This document shows, piece by piece, positions 33,963 to 37,116 of a stretch of 37,116 nucleotides of DNA (the stretch's first letter is position 1; each line of letters begins with the position of its first letter). Source of the stretch: Chiloscyllium plagiosum (Eukaryota); contig NC_057718.1 of NCBI RefSeq assembly GCF_004010195.1, positions 14,099,170 through 14,136,285 of the forward strand. Direction: 5' to 3'. A program made the translations under genes and the position numbers. The notes below the pieces were generated by a model. It did not search any database. It worked only from the letters and a program-made list of their open reading frames with translations, and was not told where the DNA came from.

Positions 33963-34792
33963 GAGAGACCACTGTCTTTATTTCTGAAAGGCAGTGACAG
34001 CCACCAAAAGGAAGGGAGTGCTACAGTGGCATGAGATACTTTAGTGGTATACACAGCAATAGATGTAATGGGACAGCATGTTAACAGTTACAGAGGGCCA
34101 CAGCAATCTGGTGATGGATGAACAGGAATTTGATAATCATCTGGTGTCCTAAGAGGTCCTGGATTGCATTGTGAAAGCCTATAACCTGAACTGATTGCAA
34201 CCCATCACTGTGTGGAAAGAGCCTCATTACTTACAGGGTGGGAACCATTTGCTCATGACAATGTCAGAGATTCTCTTTCCTTGACTTTCAGATGTTCTCA
34301 CTGACTGTGTGACTGATACTGTTCTGCTGCCAAGTCTTCCAATGCCCCACTCCCTACCCTCATTTTGCCCCAATTAGTTTTGCATCACTGCGTCTTTGAA
34401 AAGCCTTTTTATTGAATGAAGCTCTCAGGGAAATCTCTGCAACTAACTGCTGCTGGGATCAAAATCTCGATGTCTGATTCAGAAAAGTGACTACACTGAA
34501 GCATTTTTCCAGCTTGTCAGTTTATTGGTTGGGATGTCACAGAGTTCCTGTGCTCCCAAAAGGGAAAATCTTGGCATGTATGTAAACTGAGATTTTTTTT
34601 TCAATTCAAGCATCCAGATTGCAATCCAGATTGCAGCTCTTGCCTCTGAGATCCACACAGGTATCAGATTAATGCCAGAACAAATACACATCATTGAAAG
34701 AAGACACCAGGCAATTGCAATTTTTGATTATAATTTATATTGTCATTTATTTAATACACTTTCACATTATCTGGTGATGACAGAAAATACTG

Positions 34793-35345
34793 TCTCCCAG
34801 CTCATCTGCTGCTGAAACCCTTGTTCGTGTTGCCTGTAAACTTGACTATTCCACCACACTCCTGGCTAGTCTCCCACTTTTAATCCTATAAACTTGAGGA
34901 CGTTCAAAACTCTGCTGTCTGTATCTTACCTCACAACAAGTCCTGTTCCCCTATGTCCCCTGTGCTCGCTGACCTACAGTGTCTCCAGGTCAAGCAATGG
35001 CTTACTTTTCAAATTCTCATTATTATTTCCAAATTGCTTCATAGGCTTGCACCTCCCTAACTCTGCAATCTCCTCCAACCCCTCCACAATCATGTGATAC
35101 CTGCACACTTCTGATTTTGACTTCTTGTGCATTCCCAATTATAACCACTATTACTGTCACTGCCTTCAGTTCCTCATGTCATAAGTTCTGGCATTCTCTC
35201 CCCATGTCTGTGTCTCACTTTCCTCTCTTAAAATCTACCTCTTTGATCAAGCTTTTGGTCATCTCACTAAATATCTCCTGTTGTGACTCGGTGTCATACG
35301 CTCCTGTGAACAAAGGGATGTGTCATTTTGTTAAACATAAATATA
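34793..35345 (+). mobile_element. L2-type LINE 3' fragment
   Basis: Decayed coding pattern SSSAAETLV...LDYS.TLLASLP...QNSA..IL...PVLADL..L...FKIL, typical of the L2 ORF2 C-terminus. Confidence 0.8.
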
Positions 35346-35655
35346 AGATGTTCTTGTAGATGGAAGGGAACGATGGCCTGTCCGGTTGGAATTCAAAACA
35401 AGGCACTACACCCTGACAAATGAGATCTAGGTCGTTCAGGGGCTTATTACTGGTAGAGCTTCTTCAAAAGGCAGTGGAAATCTGGAACTTTCTCCCTTTA
35501 AAAACCTGTTGAGCCTGTGGTGAATTGGGGATTGGTGAACTGAAATAGATTTTATTGTGTGTGTGTCAGGTGTGGGTGTCAGAGATTAGAGAGTTATTTA
35601 ACTGCTAGAACGGGATGGGGAGGAGCTGAGTGGTCTATTCCTTGATCCCTTGTTC
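35346..35655 (+). mobile_element. Old CR1 3' fragment
   Basis: GGAATTCAAAACAAGG...GTGGAAATCTGGAACTTTCTCCC (WNxLP)...GAGCTGAGTGGTCTATTCCT. Confidence 0.55.
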
Positions 35656-36245
35656 TAGTGAGTCTGGTAAAGAGGTCCTTTAGGAGTCTTAGTAATCCAG
35701 CCCCATGCATCCACTTGTCCCAATCTAATCGTTATCCTCCGGGGGCTAGGCTGAGACGCTGGAGTCTGATATAACTCGGTTACTTTTCACCCAAAAAGGG
35801 CAATCGACTCCTTGTGCAAACAAAATGTACAATAATTTCCGGATCCAACACTGTTTCTAATTTGGGAGCAAGGGAAAAGCACTCATTGATTCTGATCGAC
35901 CTGTTAAGTGATCTGCACTTTGGAGATTTCCACTGAACTGATAACGTTATCGATCCTTCTTCGAAACCAATAACCTCCTTCTCACATTTCTTTGCCTTAC
36001 ACACTTTCTTTGGGTCTGTTCAATGATTGCATTACAATTAGTTGTAATCTATAAGGGCCCACGCCGCCCTTTTTTCTGACAACCCCATCGCCCCTCCTTT
36101 TCCATTGAATAAACTTTGAAGAATGCATCCAATTTGCACCCGGTTTTGAAGCACACGTTTCGATTTGACATTTGCATTCTCTGCTTTCGGAGAGGATGGG
36201 TCTTTTTTTTGCAATATAAGAACATCTGTTTGGAGAAACATGAAA

Positions 36246-36262
36246 ACAGCAGAGGGCGCCAG
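36246..36262 (+). promoter_or_regulatory. Candidate CTCF site
   Basis: ACAGCAGAGGGCGCCAG closely matches the core CCAGCAGRGGGCGC, in non-repetitive CpG-retaining sequence. Confidence 0.5.
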
Positions 36263-36611
36263 GCTCTCCCCTTGAAACGCCTTTCCATTTCAGCCCTGCT
36301 CCTTTCCCCAGGTCAGCTGTAACCTGCTCGATAACAGCACCGCTGCGCATTTACAATCACAAACCCTTACCCCCACCCCCACCATCCCCGTCGCTTTCAA
36401 CCAGCTCCTTTCAGTGCATTCAATATAATTCTATATAAATAACACACGCCTCTACTATAGCTGGGTGTTCCAACATTATTCCCTGATACGTGCAGTGCTC
36501 GGACTCTGCAAGGACACAGCAATATCACCGAACACAAAAAGGGAGGAAAATCAGCGCGTTTACCGGTTAAACTTTTCCTTTGCAGAATTGCCTGGCATCA
36601 TAACATCGACA

Positions 36612-36955
36612 GTGACATTGAGAATGATTTTTAAAGTTGAGAATGCATTTTTACATTGGTAACGTGTCTTAAAATGAACGTGTCTTGGCTTTGAAAATGC
36701 ATCTTAACATTGAGACATTAACAATACATTTTAACACTAACCATGCATCTGAGCATTAACAATACATTTTAACACTAACCATGCATCCTAACATCAACAA
36801 TGCATCTTAACTCTAAGAATGCCTTAACCCCGGGAATACATATTAATATTAATAATGCATCTTAACTCTGACAATTCATTTTAATATTGAAAATAATTGG
36901 CAACGCATTTTTACAGAGACGTATCTTAACATTGACAGTGCATCTTAGCATTGGT
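36612..36955. repeat. Degenerate ~19-bp minisatellite (consensus ~AATGCATCTTAACATTGAC)
   Basis: More than a dozen variant units. An exact 34-bp repeat at 36716-36749 and 36754-36787 has period 38 (2 x 19). Confidence 0.85.
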
Positions 36956-36969
36956 CAGGGGTATGTATC

Positions 36970-37116
36970 AAAGAGGGCTCAGGTAAGGATGAGGGCGAGG
37001 AGCTGTCAGTTATTTCCAATCAGTCCTCAGTCCCAAGTCCGCCTCCGTCTCCAACTCCGAGCGGCTGTGTCTTTAATATGGGAGCCCTACTTACCGAGCT
37101 CCCCCGTCAGCTAGAG
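36970..37116. promoter_or_regulatory. Possible start of a CpG-island-like promoter region
   Basis: Sharp rise in GC and CpG, CCAATCAG at 37016-37023, GC-box-like CCGCCTCC. No transcript evidence. Confidence 0.4.

Noticed and set aside
36612..36955. Possible CRISPR-like array
   Set aside because: Vertebrate DNA, tandem degenerate units without unique spacers, and no cas genes.
35780..37114. Cluster of short ORFs near the window end as first exons of a gene
   Set aside because: No recognisable protein similarity, and overlapping ORFs on both strands are expected by chance.

Overview
Eukaryotic, repeat-rich vertebrate DNA. The repeat families (HE1-type V-SINEs, Deu-domain SINEs, CR1 LINEs, Penelope-like elements) point to a shark or ray genome. 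The only host coding sequence I can support is the terminal exon of EFCAB2/DRC8 (3494-3609, +) with its 3' UTR and poly(A) signal. The other ~33 kb is intergenic: decayed CR1/L2 LINEs, three SINE families, a solo LTR, degenerate minisatellites, two assembly gaps, and a CpG-richer promoter-like end that may lead into KIF26B (inferred from human synteny). Nearly all ORF-track entries are retroelement debris or chance ORFs. The most striking structure is a set of fold-back Penelope-like insertions with 14-18 bp target-site duplications, a consistent ~33-35 nt one-sided tail and minimal hammerhead-ribozyme cores, several of them intact. These features are known for Penelope-like elements in general, so I do not claim a new system. 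All family assignments are from recognition by eye, without database searches.
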